Source of the DNA: an uncultured delta proteobacterium
GTDB taxonomy: Bacteria > Desulfobacterota > Binatia > HRBIN30 > BPIQ01
Direction of reading: 5' to 3'
NCBI GenBank assembly: GCA_963761335.1
Contig: CAVXGR010000018.1
Span: 928,001-992,000, forward strand
Length of the DNA stretch: 64,000 nucleotides
A program made the translations under genes and the position numbers. Below the pieces are notes generated by a model. It was not told where the DNA came from and did no database searches. It saw nothing but the letters and a program-made list of their open reading frames with translations. Of this stretch, positions 1 through 9,842 are shown piece after piece (position 1 is the stretch's first letter; every line of letters begins with the position of its first letter).

Positions 1-1
1 G

Positions 2-1975
2 TATCTCGACGTCGATTTTCTCGACTTCATCTCCTTCAACGTCTACCTGCACCGCGAGCCGGATTTCCGCCACTACCTCTCCCGGCTGCAGAACCTGGCC
101 CGCGACAAGCCCCTGGTGCTGACCGAGTTCGGCATTGATTCGATCCGCGAGGGCCAGGCGGCGCAGGCGGAGATCCTCCGCTGGCAGGTGCGTGCCGCCT
201 TCGAATCGGGGGTCGCCGGCACGGTGGTCTTCTCGTGGACTGACGACTGGTACACCGGCGGCTTTCAGGTGGAGGACTGGGCTTTCGGCCTGGTCGGGCG
301 CGAGCGGCAGGAGAAGCCGAGCTTCCACGCCGTGCAATCGCTTTACCGCTCCCCGTTGCCGCCGCCGATTGCCGATCCGCCCCGGGTCTCGATCGTCATC
401 TGCGCGTACAACGCTGCGCGCACCTTGGACGCCTGCCTGGCGTCGATGCGGGAGCTGAGCTATCCGAGCTACGAGGTGATCGTCGTCAACGACGGCTCCA
501 CGGACAGGACCCTGGAAATCGCCGAGCGCTACCCGGAGGTGCGCATCATCTCGCAGGAGAACCGGGGACTGAGCGCGGCGCGCAACGTCGGCGCCGCGGC
601 GGCCACGAGCGAGATCATCGCCTACACCGATTCCGACTGCGTCGCCGATCCCGACTGGCTGACCTACCTGGTCTACAAGTTCAACAGCGGTTACGTCGCC
701 GTCGGTGGACCGAACCTACCGCCTCCCGAGGATGCGCGCATGGCCGCATGTGTCGCCGCCGCCCCCGGTGGTCCTACCCACGTCCTCCTCAACGACGAGG
801 TTGCGGAGCACATCCCCGGCTGCAACATGGCCTTTCGCCGCTCGGCTCTGGAGGAGATCGAGGGCTTCGACCCGCTGTATCGCGCCGCCGGGGACGACGT
901 CGATCTGTGCTGGCGGCTGCAGAATATCGGCTACGCGATCGGCTTCAGCCCGGCGGCCATGGTGTGGCACTTCCGCCGCAACACCACCCGCGCCTACCTG
1001 CGGCAGCAGATGGGATACGGCAAGGCGGAGGCGCTGCTGTATTTCAAACACCCGTACCGCTTCAACCTGCTCGGACAGTCGCAGTGGCTGGGGCGGATCT
1101 ATGGCGACCTCACCATGTCCCTGTTCTCACGCCGTCCGGTGATCTATCACGGCGTCTTCGGGCGCGGGCTCTTCCAGACGCTCTACGAGGCGCCCTCCTC
1201 GCTGGTTTCCTATCTGCCCTTCACCCTGGAGTGGAATCTCTTCGGCGTGGTGGTTTTCATCGCCGCGCTGATCGCCGGGCGCTACCGCGCGCTGGCGGCT
1301 CTGCCGCTGCTGGTCTCCTGGGCGTCGGCGATCGGCAGCGCCTGGCGCGCCAGGCTGGAGGCGCGCTTCGACGGGGTCGGGTCGCGGCTGTTGATCGCCT
1401 CACTCATCTATCTCGGGCCCCTGGTGCGCAGCGTGCAACGCTACCTGTGGCGGCTGCAGGGCATCGCCGACGTCGAGCGCATCCATTTCGCCGAGGCGCC
1501 GCCGCGCTCGGGCTGGCGCCGGCAATTCGTGAGCTCCTACTGGTCGGCCCGCGGCCTGGAGAAGGAGAACCTTCTGCACGCGGTCATGCAGTTCCTCATC
1601 CCGCGCAAGTACCTGCTGGCCATCGATCCGGGCTGGAACGACTGGGACCTGATCGTCTATCGCGGCGTCTGGGCGCAGGCGACTCTCAAGGTGGCGGTGG
1701 AGAACCATGGCGGCGTGAAGCGCCTCTTCCGTGTTCTCTGCCGGGTGCGGATGTCGCGCTTCTCGAAGCTGGCTATTGCCGCCTTCGCGCTCGTGGCCGC
1801 TCTCACCTCGGCCGCCGGGCTCTGGGAGATCGGCGTGGTCTCGGGGGTCGTGGGGCTGATCACCATCGCCGCGGCGACGTCGCAGAACGTCCGCCTGGGG
1901 CGCACCATGTACGGCGTGCTCGAGGTCTGCGCCAAGATGCTCGAGCTCACGGGCGTGGAGTCGGCTCCGACCTGA
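2..1975 (+). CDS. Glycosyltransferase family 2 with N-terminal GH2-like TIM-barrel domain and C-terminal membrane helices (5' partial)
   Basis: Frame open from base 2 (YLDVDFLDFISFNVYLH...PLVLTEFG, GH-A nucleophile-like motif); GT2 motifs SIVICAYN, VNDGSTD, TDSD, GDDVD; hydrophobic C-terminus. Confidence 0.85.
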   Translation, partial: YLDVDFLDFISFNVYLHREPDFRHYLSRLQNLARDKPLVLTEFGIDSIREGQAAQAEILRWQVRAAFESGVAGTVVFSWTDDWYTGGFQVEDWAFGLVGRERQEKPSFHAVQSLYRSPLPPPIADPPRVSIVICAYNAARTLDACLASMRELSYPSYEVIVVNDGSTDRTLEIAERYPEVRIISQENRGLSAARNVGAAAATSEIIAYTDSDCVADPDWLTYLVYKFNSGYVAVGGPNLPPPEDARMAACVAAAPGGPTHVLLNDEVAEHIPGCNMAFRRSALEEIEGFDPLYRAAGDDVDLCWRLQNIGYAIGFSPAAMVWHFRRNTTRAYLRQQMGYGKAEALLYFKHPYRFNLLGQSQWLGRIYGDLTMSLFSRRPVIYHGVFGRGLFQTLYEAPSSLVSYLPFTLEWNLFGVVVFIAALIAGRYRALAALPLLVSWASAIGSAWRARLEARFDGVGSRLLIASLIYLGPLVRSVQRYLWRLQGIADVERIHFAEAPPRSGWRRQFVSSYWSARGLEKENLLHAVMQFLIPRKYLLAIDPGWNDWDLIVYRGVWAQATLKVAVENHGGVKRLFRVLCRVRMSRFSKLAIAAFALVAALTSAAGLWEIGVVSGVVGLITIAAATSQNVRLGRTMYGVLEVCAKMLELTGVESAPT

Positions 1976-2000
1976 GCGTCGGAGAGGGCGGCCAGCGGCA

Positions 2001-3779
2001 GTGCTGTCGCGCGTCTTCGCGTACCTGCGCCCCTACCGCGGCGCATTTGCCCTGGCGCTGCTGCAGGTGGCGCTGATCAGCGGGCTCGAGCTGCTGAAGC
2101 CGTGGCCGCTGAAGCTGGTGCTCGACTACGTGGTACCGCGCCTGCCGGCACCCTGGGCGCCGCTCTCCGGGCTGGATCCCGCCGCCCTGCTGGCGGTCTC
2201 TGCCGGGGCGCTGGTGCTGATCTATACGGCGCTCGGCATTATCGGACTGACCAGCAACATCACCACCATCTCCATCGGACAGCGGATGGTGAACGACCTG
2301 CGCAGCGATCTCTACCGCCACCTGCAGCGCCTGTCGCTGTCCTTCTACTCCCGCAGCAGCGTCGGCGATCTCATCTACCGGGTCACCGCCGACAGCTATT
2401 CGATTCAGACGCTCGCCATGAACGGCGTCTTCCCGGTGCTGTCCTCGGTGCTCCTCCTCGCCGGCATGTTTGCGGTCATGCTGAGCATGAGCTGGCAGCT
2501 GACGCTGGTGGCGGTGGCCGTCTGTCCGCTGCTCGCGGCGACCGTGGCGCTGCTCAACCGGCGCATCAGCGCGGTGGCCATGCGGGCGCGCGAGCGCGAG
2601 AGCGCCGTCTACGCCCACGTGCAGCGAGGCATGAGTGCCATCAAGGTGATCCAGGCATTCACCACCGAGCCTCTCGAGCACCGCGCCTTCGTGCGCAGCA
2701 GCGCTGCCAGCCTGGAGGCCAACCTGCATCTATACACCTGGCAGACCGCGTACACGGCGCTCACCAATCTGCTGCTCGCTCTGGGCACCGCCCTGGTTCT
2801 CTGGCTGGGGGCGCGCCGGGTCTGGGGCGGCGGCCTGAGCGTCGGTGACCTGGTGGTCTTTGTGAGCTATCTGTCCTCTCTGTACGCGCCGCTCAACACG
2901 ATGATGCAGACCTACGCCATGGTGCAGAGCGCCGGCGCCGGCATGCGCCGCGTGTTCGAGGTGCTCGACCGCGAGCGCGGCGTTCCCGAGGGGCAGCGCC
3001 TCCTCGGGCCGGTGCGCGGTGCTGTACGGCTCGAGGACGTCAGCTTCGCCTATCGCCCGGAGCAGCCCACGCTGCGGCACGTGTCGCTCGAGGCGCAGCC
3101 GGGGCAGATGGTGGCGATCGTCGGTCCGACCGGCGCCGGCAAGAGCACTCTCATGGGAATGCTGCCGCGCTTCACCGACCCGCAGCAAGGCGTCGTCCGC
3201 ATCGATGGCATCGATGTGCGCGAGCTGCAGCTGCGCTCCCTGCGGCGCGCCATCAGCATGGTTCTGCAGCCGCCGGTGGTCTTCCCCATCTCGGTGCGGG
3301 AGAACATCGCCTACGGCCGCCCCGAGGCGACGGACGAGGAGATCGAGCGGGTGGCGCGGCTGGCGCGCGCCCACGACTTCATCGCCCGGCTTCCGCAGGG
3401 CTACGACACCGTCGTCGGCGAGCAGGGCGCCACTCTCTCGGAAGGGGAGCGGCAGCGCTTGACCATCGCCCGCGCCCTGCTGCGCGACGCGCCCATCCTG
3501 ATCCTCGACGAGCCGACGTCGTCCGTGGATGCCGAGACCGAGGCGCTGATCTTCGAGGGCACGCGGGCGCTGATGAAGGGGCGCACGACCTTCGTCATCG
3601 CCCACCGGCTGGCGACCATTCGCGACGCCGACGAGGTCGTCGTGCTGCGCGACGGCGAGATCGTCGAGCGCGGAACCTTCAACGAGCTGGTGCGCCGCGG
3701 CGGCTTCTTCACGCGGCTCTACGAGCGTCAGTTTGGCGAGGCGGAGCGCCGGGCGGCGACGGCGGCAACGGCGGGATGA
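2001..3779 (+). CDS. ABC exporter, fused permease/ATPase (MsbA-like)
   Basis: N-terminal TM domain, Walker A GPTGAGKS, signature LSEGERQR, Walker B ILILDE, AHRL. Confidence 0.95.
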   Translation: MLSRVFAYLRPYRGAFALALLQVALISGLELLKPWPLKLVLDYVVPRLPAPWAPLSGLDPAALLAVSAGALVLIYTALGIIGLTSNITTISIGQRMVNDLRSDLYRHLQRLSLSFYSRSSVGDLIYRVTADSYSIQTLAMNGVFPVLSSVLLLAGMFAVMLSMSWQLTLVAVAVCPLLAATVALLNRRISAVAMRARERESAVYAHVQRGMSAIKVIQAFTTEPLEHRAFVRSSAASLEANLHLYTWQTAYTALTNLLLALGTALVLWLGARRVWGGGLSVGDLVVFVSYLSSLYAPLNTMMQTYAMVQSAGAGMRRVFEVLDRERGVPEGQRLLGPVRGAVRLEDVSFAYRPEQPTLRHVSLEAQPGQMVAIVGPTGAGKSTLMGMLPRFTDPQQGVVRIDGIDVRELQLRSLRRAISMVLQPPVVFPISVRENIAYGRPEATDEEIERVARLARAHDFIARLPQGYDTVVGEQGATLSEGERQRLTIARALLRDAPILILDEPTSSVDAETEALIFEGTRALMKGRTTFVIAHRLATIRDADEVVVLRDGEIVERGTFNELVRRGGFFTRLYERQFGEAERRAATAATAG

Positions 3780-3834
3780 CGGCCTTTCTGGGGTTCTGGA
3801 TTGTGCCCGTCTCATCTGATTCGCTGCGGGCCGT

Positions 3835-5025
3835 ATGCGCATTGTGACCACCGGGCTTCTGGCCGCCTATCCGCTGGGCGGCGTCAGCTGCGACTACCTC
3901 GGCTACGTGAGGGGCTTCCGCCGATTGGGAGCCGAGGTTCTCTACCTCGAGGACACCGGGCAGTGGCTCTACGACCCGCGGCGGATGACCTTCACCGACG
4001 AGGTGTCGAGCAACGTGCGCTATCTCCAGCAGACACTGGCGGCGGTCAGCCCCGAGACCCGCTGGTCCTTCCGCGGTCCCGACGGTGCGTACCGAGGCGC
4101 CGGTGAGGCCGAGGTGGCTGCCTTTTGCCGCAGCGCCGATCTCTTCCTGAACGTCTCGGGCTGCTGCTGGCTGCGTGACGCCTACCGCGGCGCCCGCCAT
4201 ACGGTCTATCTCGACACCGACCCCGGTTACAGCCAGGCCAAGCTCGCGGCGGTGCGCGACGGCACGGCTGGCGGCGACACGCGCTTCTCGGTCGATCTGA
4301 TCCTTTCCCACGATCGCTTCTTCACCTACGCCGAGAACATCGGCGCCGCCGACTGCCGCATTCCCGACTGCGGCTTGCGCTGGCAGACGACGCGCCAGCC
4401 GATGGTCATGAAGGACTGGCCCATGGCATATCGTCCCGACGCCGAGTTCTTCACCACCGTGATGTCGTGGAAGACGGACGTGGCGCCGCCGATCATCGGC
4501 GGCGTCAGCTACGGCGGCAAGAACGTCGAGTTCATGCGTTTCGTCGATCTGCCGCGCCTGACGACGGCACGGCTGGAGATCGCCGTCGGCGGGGAGCCGC
4601 CGCGAGAAGAGCTGCGCGCCGGCGGCTGGCGCGTCGTCGATGCCGCCGAGCGTTCGCTGACCGTCGAGGCCTACGCCGATTACCTGCGTGGCTCGCGCGG
4701 CGAGTGGAGCGTCGCCAAGAACGCCTACGTGGCCACCCGCAGCGGTTGGTTCAGCGGCCGCAGCGCCACCTACCTCGCCCTCGGCAAGCCCGTGGTCACA
4801 CAGGACACCGGCTTCTCGCCGTACTTCCCCCCAGGCCTCGGCCTGCAGGCGTTTTGCTCTCTCGAAGAGGCGGCGGCGGCACTGGACGCGGTGCAGAGTG
4901 ATTACCGCCGCAGCTGCGAAGCGGCGCGCGCCCTCGCCGAGAGCGAGTTCGAATCCGACAGGGTGCTGTCGAAGCTTCTCCGCGATCTCGAATCGGAGCC
5001 GACGGCCGCTGGAGGGCTGCCGTGA
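3835..5025 (+). CDS. Putative GT-B glycosyltransferase-like protein
   Basis: YPLGG N-terminus, YLEDT, DTDPGYSQ, GWFSGRSATYLALGKPVVTQDTGF; paralogous to 6281-7444. Confidence 0.65.
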   Translation: MRIVTTGLLAAYPLGGVSCDYLGYVRGFRRLGAEVLYLEDTGQWLYDPRRMTFTDEVSSNVRYLQQTLAAVSPETRWSFRGPDGAYRGAGEAEVAAFCRSADLFLNVSGCCWLRDAYRGARHTVYLDTDPGYSQAKLAAVRDGTAGGDTRFSVDLILSHDRFFTYAENIGAADCRIPDCGLRWQTTRQPMVMKDWPMAYRPDAEFFTTVMSWKTDVAPPIIGGVSYGGKNVEFMRFVDLPRLTTARLEIAVGGEPPREELRAGGWRVVDAAERSLTVEAYADYLRGSRGEWSVAKNAYVATRSGWFSGRSATYLALGKPVVTQDTGFSPYFPPGLGLQAFCSLEEAAAALDAVQSDYRRSCEAARALAESEFESDRVLSKLLRDLESEPTAAGGLP

Positions 5026-6248
5026 AGATCGTCTCGGCCCGCGCCGCCGTCGAGGCCATTGCCGACGGCAGTCGCGTCGTCCTGCCGCACGGCGCCGTGG
5101 AGCCGACCACTCTCTACCGTGCTCTGCAGGAGTGCCGCGGGCGCTTCCGCGATCTGCATCTGTACTCCGGCCTTCAGTTCGGCGCCTATCCGTTTCTGGA
5201 GGCCGGGCTGGGCGAGAGCTTCCGCTACACCACCTGGCAGGCATCGGCGCGGCTGCGGCCGCTGTTTCGCTCGGGGCAGATCGATCTCCTGCCCCTGCGC
5301 TTTCGCGACGTGGTGCGGGTCGTCTCCGAGCGGGGTTCGCTGCCGCCGGACGTGGCGCTGGTGCAGGTGTCGCCGCCCAGGCGCGGCCGCGTCAGCCTCG
5401 GCATATCCGTCAGTCTCTTCCGCGATTTCATCGCCAGCGCCCGCCTGGTGGTCGCCGAGGTCAACTGCCACATGCCGTGGACCTGCGGCAACAGCGAGGT
5501 GCCGGTCGGCGACATCGACCTGTTCGTGGAGTCCGAGCTCCCCCTGGGGACCTACAGCCCGGCGCGGCGCACGCCGCGCGACGACGCCATCGTCGAGCGG
5601 CTCCTCGGGCTGGTGCCGCCCGGTGCCTGGGTGCAGCTGGGCGTCGGCGCCATTCCCGATGCGGTCACCGCGCGTCTGGCGGACATCGACGGCGTGAACC
5701 TCTACTCCGGAATGCTGACCGGGGGGCTGGTTGAGTTCGTGCGCCACAGCCGCCACCGCGCCCGGGTGATCACCGGTGAGGTTGCGGGTGGGCCGGAGCT
5801 CTACGAGTTCGTCGCCGAGAATGCGCAGGTCGAGTTTCATCCGAGTGCGGTCACGCACGACATTCCCGCCATCAGTGCTCTGCGCCGCTTCGTGTCCATC
5901 AACTCGGCCGTCGAGGTCGATCTGCAGGGGCAGATCAACGGCGAGACCGTAGACGGTGTGCAGATCAGCGGCGTCGGTGGCAGCCTCGACTTCGTCGAGG
6001 GCGCCAGCTACTCGCCGGAAGGCTGTGCCATCCTGGCGCTGCCGTCGACGACGGAGGACGGGCGCCGCTCGAAGATCGTCCGCCGTCTCGGCGAGCGTAC
6101 TCCGGTGACCGTGCCGCGTTTCTGCGCCGACTGGGTGGTCACCGAGCTCGGCGCCGTTCGCCTGCGTGGCCTGAGCTTGCGCGAACGCGCCGCGGCGCTC
6201 GTCCAAATTGCGCATCCGGATTTTCGGGAGGCGCTGGGCCGCGAATGA
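5022..6248 (+). CDS. Acetyl-CoA hydrolase / 4-hydroxybutyrate CoA-transferase family
   Basis: QLGVGAIPDAV, INSAVEVDLQGQINGE, SGVGGSLDF, VVTELG; overlaps the upstream stop (GTGA). Confidence 0.9.
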   Translation: MKIVSARAAVEAIADGSRVVLPHGAVEPTTLYRALQECRGRFRDLHLYSGLQFGAYPFLEAGLGESFRYTTWQASARLRPLFRSGQIDLLPLRFRDVVRVVSERGSLPPDVALVQVSPPRRGRVSLGISVSLFRDFIASARLVVAEVNCHMPWTCGNSEVPVGDIDLFVESELPLGTYSPARRTPRDDAIVERLLGLVPPGAWVQLGVGAIPDAVTARLADIDGVNLYSGMLTGGLVEFVRHSRHRARVITGEVAGGPELYEFVAENAQVEFHPSAVTHDIPAISALRRFVSINSAVEVDLQGQINGETVDGVQISGVGGSLDFVEGASYSPEGCAILALPSTTEDGRRSKIVRRLGERTPVTVPRFCADWVVTELGAVRLRGLSLRERAAALVQIAHPDFREALGRE

Positions 6249-6280
6249 GGCGGGGAGTCGCCGAAGAGTAGCTGTTCTCC

Positions 6281-7444
6281 ATGCGCGACATCGCCGTCGT
6301 CTCCGGTTACCTGATCCGCTGTCCGCTCGGCGGTTACGCCTGGCAGGTCCTGCACTATCTTCTCGGCCTGCGGGATCTCGGTTTTGACGCCTACTTCTAT
6401 GAAGACACCGGCTTCTACTCGGAGTGCTTCGATCCACTGAGCGGCGCGGTGAGCGATGACCCGAGCCGCGGTATCGAGGCGGCGCGCGCCTTCTTCGGAC
6501 GTCATGGGCTCGGCGATCGCTGGATCTTCGACGACACCTGGAGGCGGCGGACCTTCGGTCTCGACGGCGCAGGCCGGGAGGAGATCATCGAGCGTGCCCG
6601 CATCTGGCTCTCACTGGCGGCGGTCAATGCGGTGCCGCCGCGGCGCCGCCGGCAATCCGGTACCGGCTTCATCGACATCGACCCCGGCTATACCCAGATT
6701 CGCGCCGCCGCGGGGGATCGAGCTCTCCTCGAGCTGCTGCGACAGCACCTCGTCCATTTCACCATCGGCGAGCGCATCGCGGGCGGCGATTGCTCCGTCC
6801 CGAGCGGCGGCTTCACCTGGTTGCCGACGCGCCCCCCCGTCGTTCTCGACCTCTGGGAGCCGCTGCCGGCCGATGCGGCGGCGCCGTTCTCCACCATCGG
6901 CCGGTGGGATGAGCAGCGCCGCGAGGTCGAGGTTGCCGGCGAGCCCTACTCGTGGCGGAGGCGCACGGAATGGATGAAGTTCCTGGATCTGCCGCGGCGG
7001 AGCGGACAGCGCTTCGTGGCGGCGATGGACGTCGACAAGGTGCCCGGAGACCGCCGGCGCCTCGAGAGCCAGGGCTGGCAGATTGCCGATCCGCTGTTGA
7101 TCTCCGCCGATTTCGACGGCTATCGCGACTTCATCCGGCGATCGAAGGGGGAGTTCACCGTCGCCAAGGATCTCAACGTGCGGCTGCGCACCGGCTGGTT
7201 CAGCGACCGCGCCGTCTGCTACCTCGCCGCCGGCCGGCCGGTGGTGAATCAGGATACCGGCTTCGAGGAGTGCTTTCCCGCGGGCGGCGGGGTGCTCTCG
7301 TTTCGGAGCATCGATGAAGCCGTCGCCGCAGTCGAGGCGGTGTGCGCCGATCTGCCCGGCCACTGCGCCGCGGCTCGCCGGCTCGCCGCCGACCAATTCG
7401 CCGCGGCGTCAGTCCTGCGCCCGATCGTCGAGCGGCTGTTGTGA
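6281..7444 (+). CDS. Putative GT-B glycosyltransferase-like protein (paralog of 3835-5025)
   Basis: CPLGG, FYEDTG, DIDPGYTQ, GWFSDRAVCYLAAGRPVVNQDTGF. Confidence 0.65.
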   Translation: MRDIAVVSGYLIRCPLGGYAWQVLHYLLGLRDLGFDAYFYEDTGFYSECFDPLSGAVSDDPSRGIEAARAFFGRHGLGDRWIFDDTWRRRTFGLDGAGREEIIERARIWLSLAAVNAVPPRRRRQSGTGFIDIDPGYTQIRAAAGDRALLELLRQHLVHFTIGERIAGGDCSVPSGGFTWLPTRPPVVLDLWEPLPADAAAPFSTIGRWDEQRREVEVAGEPYSWRRRTEWMKFLDLPRRSGQRFVAAMDVDKVPGDRRRLESQGWQIADPLLISADFDGYRDFIRRSKGEFTVAKDLNVRLRTGWFSDRAVCYLAAGRPVVNQDTGFEECFPAGGGVLSFRSIDEAVAAVEAVCADLPGHCAAARRLAADQFAAASVLRPIVERLL

Positions 7445-7597
7445 GGCGATCGCGACCAGAGCGAAAGGTGTTCCCGGGGCCTTTGCGCACAGAATCCTCG
7501 TGCACTGCCGTGCCGTCTTCTTTGAGCTTGTTTCCGCTCGTCCGGGTGAAAACGTGCCCGCGCCCCTGGCGGGGCGCAGCGGGGCCGGCTTCGGGAT

Positions 7598-7624
7598 CCC
7601 CGGGTCTTCGACCCGGGGCTACAC
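7598..7624 (-). repeat. Single inverted GTAG-type REP-like palindrome preceding the tandem array
   Basis: Minus strand reads GTGTAGCCCCGGGTCGAAGACCCGGGG, same GTAG foot and stem as the array unit with a different loop; flanked by small CGCCCC-N-GGGGCG hairpins. Confidence 0.6.
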
Positions 7625-7686
7625 GCCTGCGCCCCTCCGGGGCGAAGGACGTCGAAATCCCCCGGGTAGTCGGTGCGACCCTGCGG

Positions 7687-8661
7687 AACCCGGGGAACGG
7701 CGTGGGTCGAGGATTACGCCGCGGAGCGGCGCGGGCGTGTAGCCCCGGGTGCAACCCGGGGAACGGCGTGGGTCGAGGATTACGCCGCGGAGCGGCGCGG
7801 GCGTGTAGCCCCGGGTGCAACCCGGGGAACGGCGTGGGTCGAGGATCGCGCCGCGGAGCGGCGCGGGCGTGTAGCCCCGGGTGCAACCCGGGGAACGGCG
7901 TGGGTCGAGGATCGCGCCGCGGAGCGGCGCGGGCGTGCAGGCCCGGGTGCAACCCGGGGAACGGCGTGGGTCGAGGATCGCGCCGCGGAGCGGCGCGGGC
8001 GTGTAGCCCCGGGTGCAACCCGGGGAACGGCGTGGGTCGAGGATTACGCCGCGGAGCGGCGCGGGCGTGTAGCCCCGGGTGCAACCCGGGGAACGGCGTG
8101 GGTCGAGGATTACGCCGCGGAGCGGCGCGGGCGTGTAGCCACGGGTGCAACCCGGGGAACGGCGTGGGTCGAGGATTACGCCGCGGAGCGGCGCGGGCGT
8201 GTAGCCCCGGGTGCAACCCGGGGAACGGCGTGGGTCGAGGATTACGCCGCGGAGCGGCGCGGGCGTGTAGCCCCGGGTGCAACCCGGGGAACGGCGTGGG
8301 TCGAGGATTACGCCGCGGAGCGGCGCGGGCGTGTAGCCACGGGTGCAACCCGGGGAACGGCGTGGGTTGAGGATTACGCCGCGGAGCGGCGCGGGCGTGT
8401 AGCCCCGGGTGCAACCTGGGGAACGGCGTGGGTCGAGGATTACGCCGCGGAGCGGCGCGGGCGTGTAGCCCCGGGTGCAACCCGGGGAACGGCGTGGGTC
8501 GAGGATCGCGCCGCGGAGCGGCGCGGGCGTGCAGGCCCGGGTGCAACCCGGGGAACGGCGTGGGTCGAGGATCGCGCCGCGGAGCGGCGCGGGCGTGTAG
8601 CCCCGGGTGCAACCCGGGGAACGGCGTGGGTCGAGGATCGCGCCGCGGAGCGGCGCGGGCG
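7687..8661 (+). repeat. Tandem array of about 14.8 x 66-bp REP-like units
   Basis: Unit AACCCGGGGAACGGCGTGGGTCGAGGATTACGCCGCGGAGCGGCGCGGGCGTGTAGCCCCGGGTGC starts at 7687, 7753 ... 8611 (period 66); contains GTAG+CCCCGGGT-GCA-ACCCGGGG and CGCCGC-GGA-GCGGCG hairpins; no unique spacers. Confidence 0.95.
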
Positions 8662-8779
8662 CCTTTTGAAAACGACCCCCCGGGCGATGATCTCAATGCG
8701 GCCGGGATTCCGGCTCGACATCGTTTGACCGAAATGCAGAATCGGCGCAGTTTATTTGAGGCTCCCCTCCAGCCGACGC

Positions 8780-9784
8780 ATGCAAGCAGACGAAACCGCC
8801 GCCCGGCCCTCGGGCGATACGCCGCCGCGGCTGTTCAAGAGGAACATTCCCGAGGAAGCTCCGGTGACGCCGAGGAGCATCGCGCTCTTTCGCCTCGGCG
8901 AGCAGTGCAACAACCACTGTCCCATGTGCAGCAATACGGGAGAGGCCTCGCTCTTCTTCCATTCGACCGAGGCGCTCTTGCGACGCGCTGCCTTCCTGCG
9001 GAGCTGCGGCTTCAGACGGGTGGTGGTCACCGGAGGGGAGCCGACCATTCACCCTGGGTTCTGGACGGTGGTGGAGCAGCTCGCGGCCACTGGCATGGCC
9101 TGGGACGTCAACACGCATGGCCGCACCTTCTCGCGGCCGGACTTCGCGCGCCGCGCCGTCGATACCGGCCTCCGCCGCGCCATCGTCTCGCTCCACTCGC
9201 ACGATGCGGCGACCAGTGCCGCCATCTTCGGCGCCAGCGAGGAGGCGCATCGGGAGACCATCGCCGGCATCGACTGCCTGCTGGAGGTCGAGGTCGGGGT
9301 GATGGTGAACTGCGTGCTCACCCGGCTGAACCTGGAGCAGCTGGAAGACTATGCGTGCTGGGGAGCCGAGCGCTTCGGACGCGCCGTCGCCTTCAAGTTC
9401 GTCTTCCCCTCGACCATCGGCAAGGGAGGGCAGTGGCCGGAAATCGCCGGGCTGCGTTACGCCGAGGTGCGCGACATCGTCCGGCAGCTGCGCGAGCTCG
9501 CGGCGCGCCTGCGCCTGCGGGTCTTCTTCGAGTCCTTTCCCAACTGCATTCTGGGCGACGATGTCGCCAGGAATCTCGGCCGTTCGAGCTTCGGAGAAAC
9601 CCATTATCTGGATGATGCCTCCGGTGATCGCGTCTATGCGATGCGGCACATCGAGGCCGAGCTGTCGGCGTTTGCCGAGGTCTGCCGCGGCTGCATCGCC
9701 GTCCGCCGCTGCTCCGGCGTCTCGCGCCAGTATGCCCGGAAGTTCGGGGTCGGCGAGCTCACGCCCCTGCAGCGCCCGACTTGA
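8780..9784 (+). CDS. Radical SAM protein, HxsC-like
   Basis: CNNHCPMC, TGGEPTIH, C-terminal FPNC...CRGCx5CSG. Confidence 0.85.
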   Translation: MQADETAARPSGDTPPRLFKRNIPEEAPVTPRSIALFRLGEQCNNHCPMCSNTGEASLFFHSTEALLRRAAFLRSCGFRRVVVTGGEPTIHPGFWTVVEQLAATGMAWDVNTHGRTFSRPDFARRAVDTGLRRAIVSLHSHDAATSAAIFGASEEAHRETIAGIDCLLEVEVGVMVNCVLTRLNLEQLEDYACWGAERFGRAVAFKFVFPSTIGKGGQWPEIAGLRYAEVRDIVRQLRELAARLRLRVFFESFPNCILGDDVARNLGRSSFGETHYLDDASGDRVYAMRHIEAELSAFAEVCRGCIAVRRCSGVSRQYARKFGVGELTPLQRPT

Positions 9785-9842
9785 CCCCTGCCGTGTTCGG
9801 GATGAAGCGGGGTCCTGTCTGCCGGCGGGGGACCGGTAGCGG

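Noticed and set aside
7687..8661. CRISPR array
   Set aside because: Units are near-identical over all 66 bp with no unique spacers, and no cas genes are in the window
7200..8696. Long repeat ORFs (498 aa minus strand, 342 aa plus strand)
   Set aside because: By-products of a GC-rich repeat whose length is divisible by 3; one is broken by a point stop and both overlap the real 6281-7444 gene
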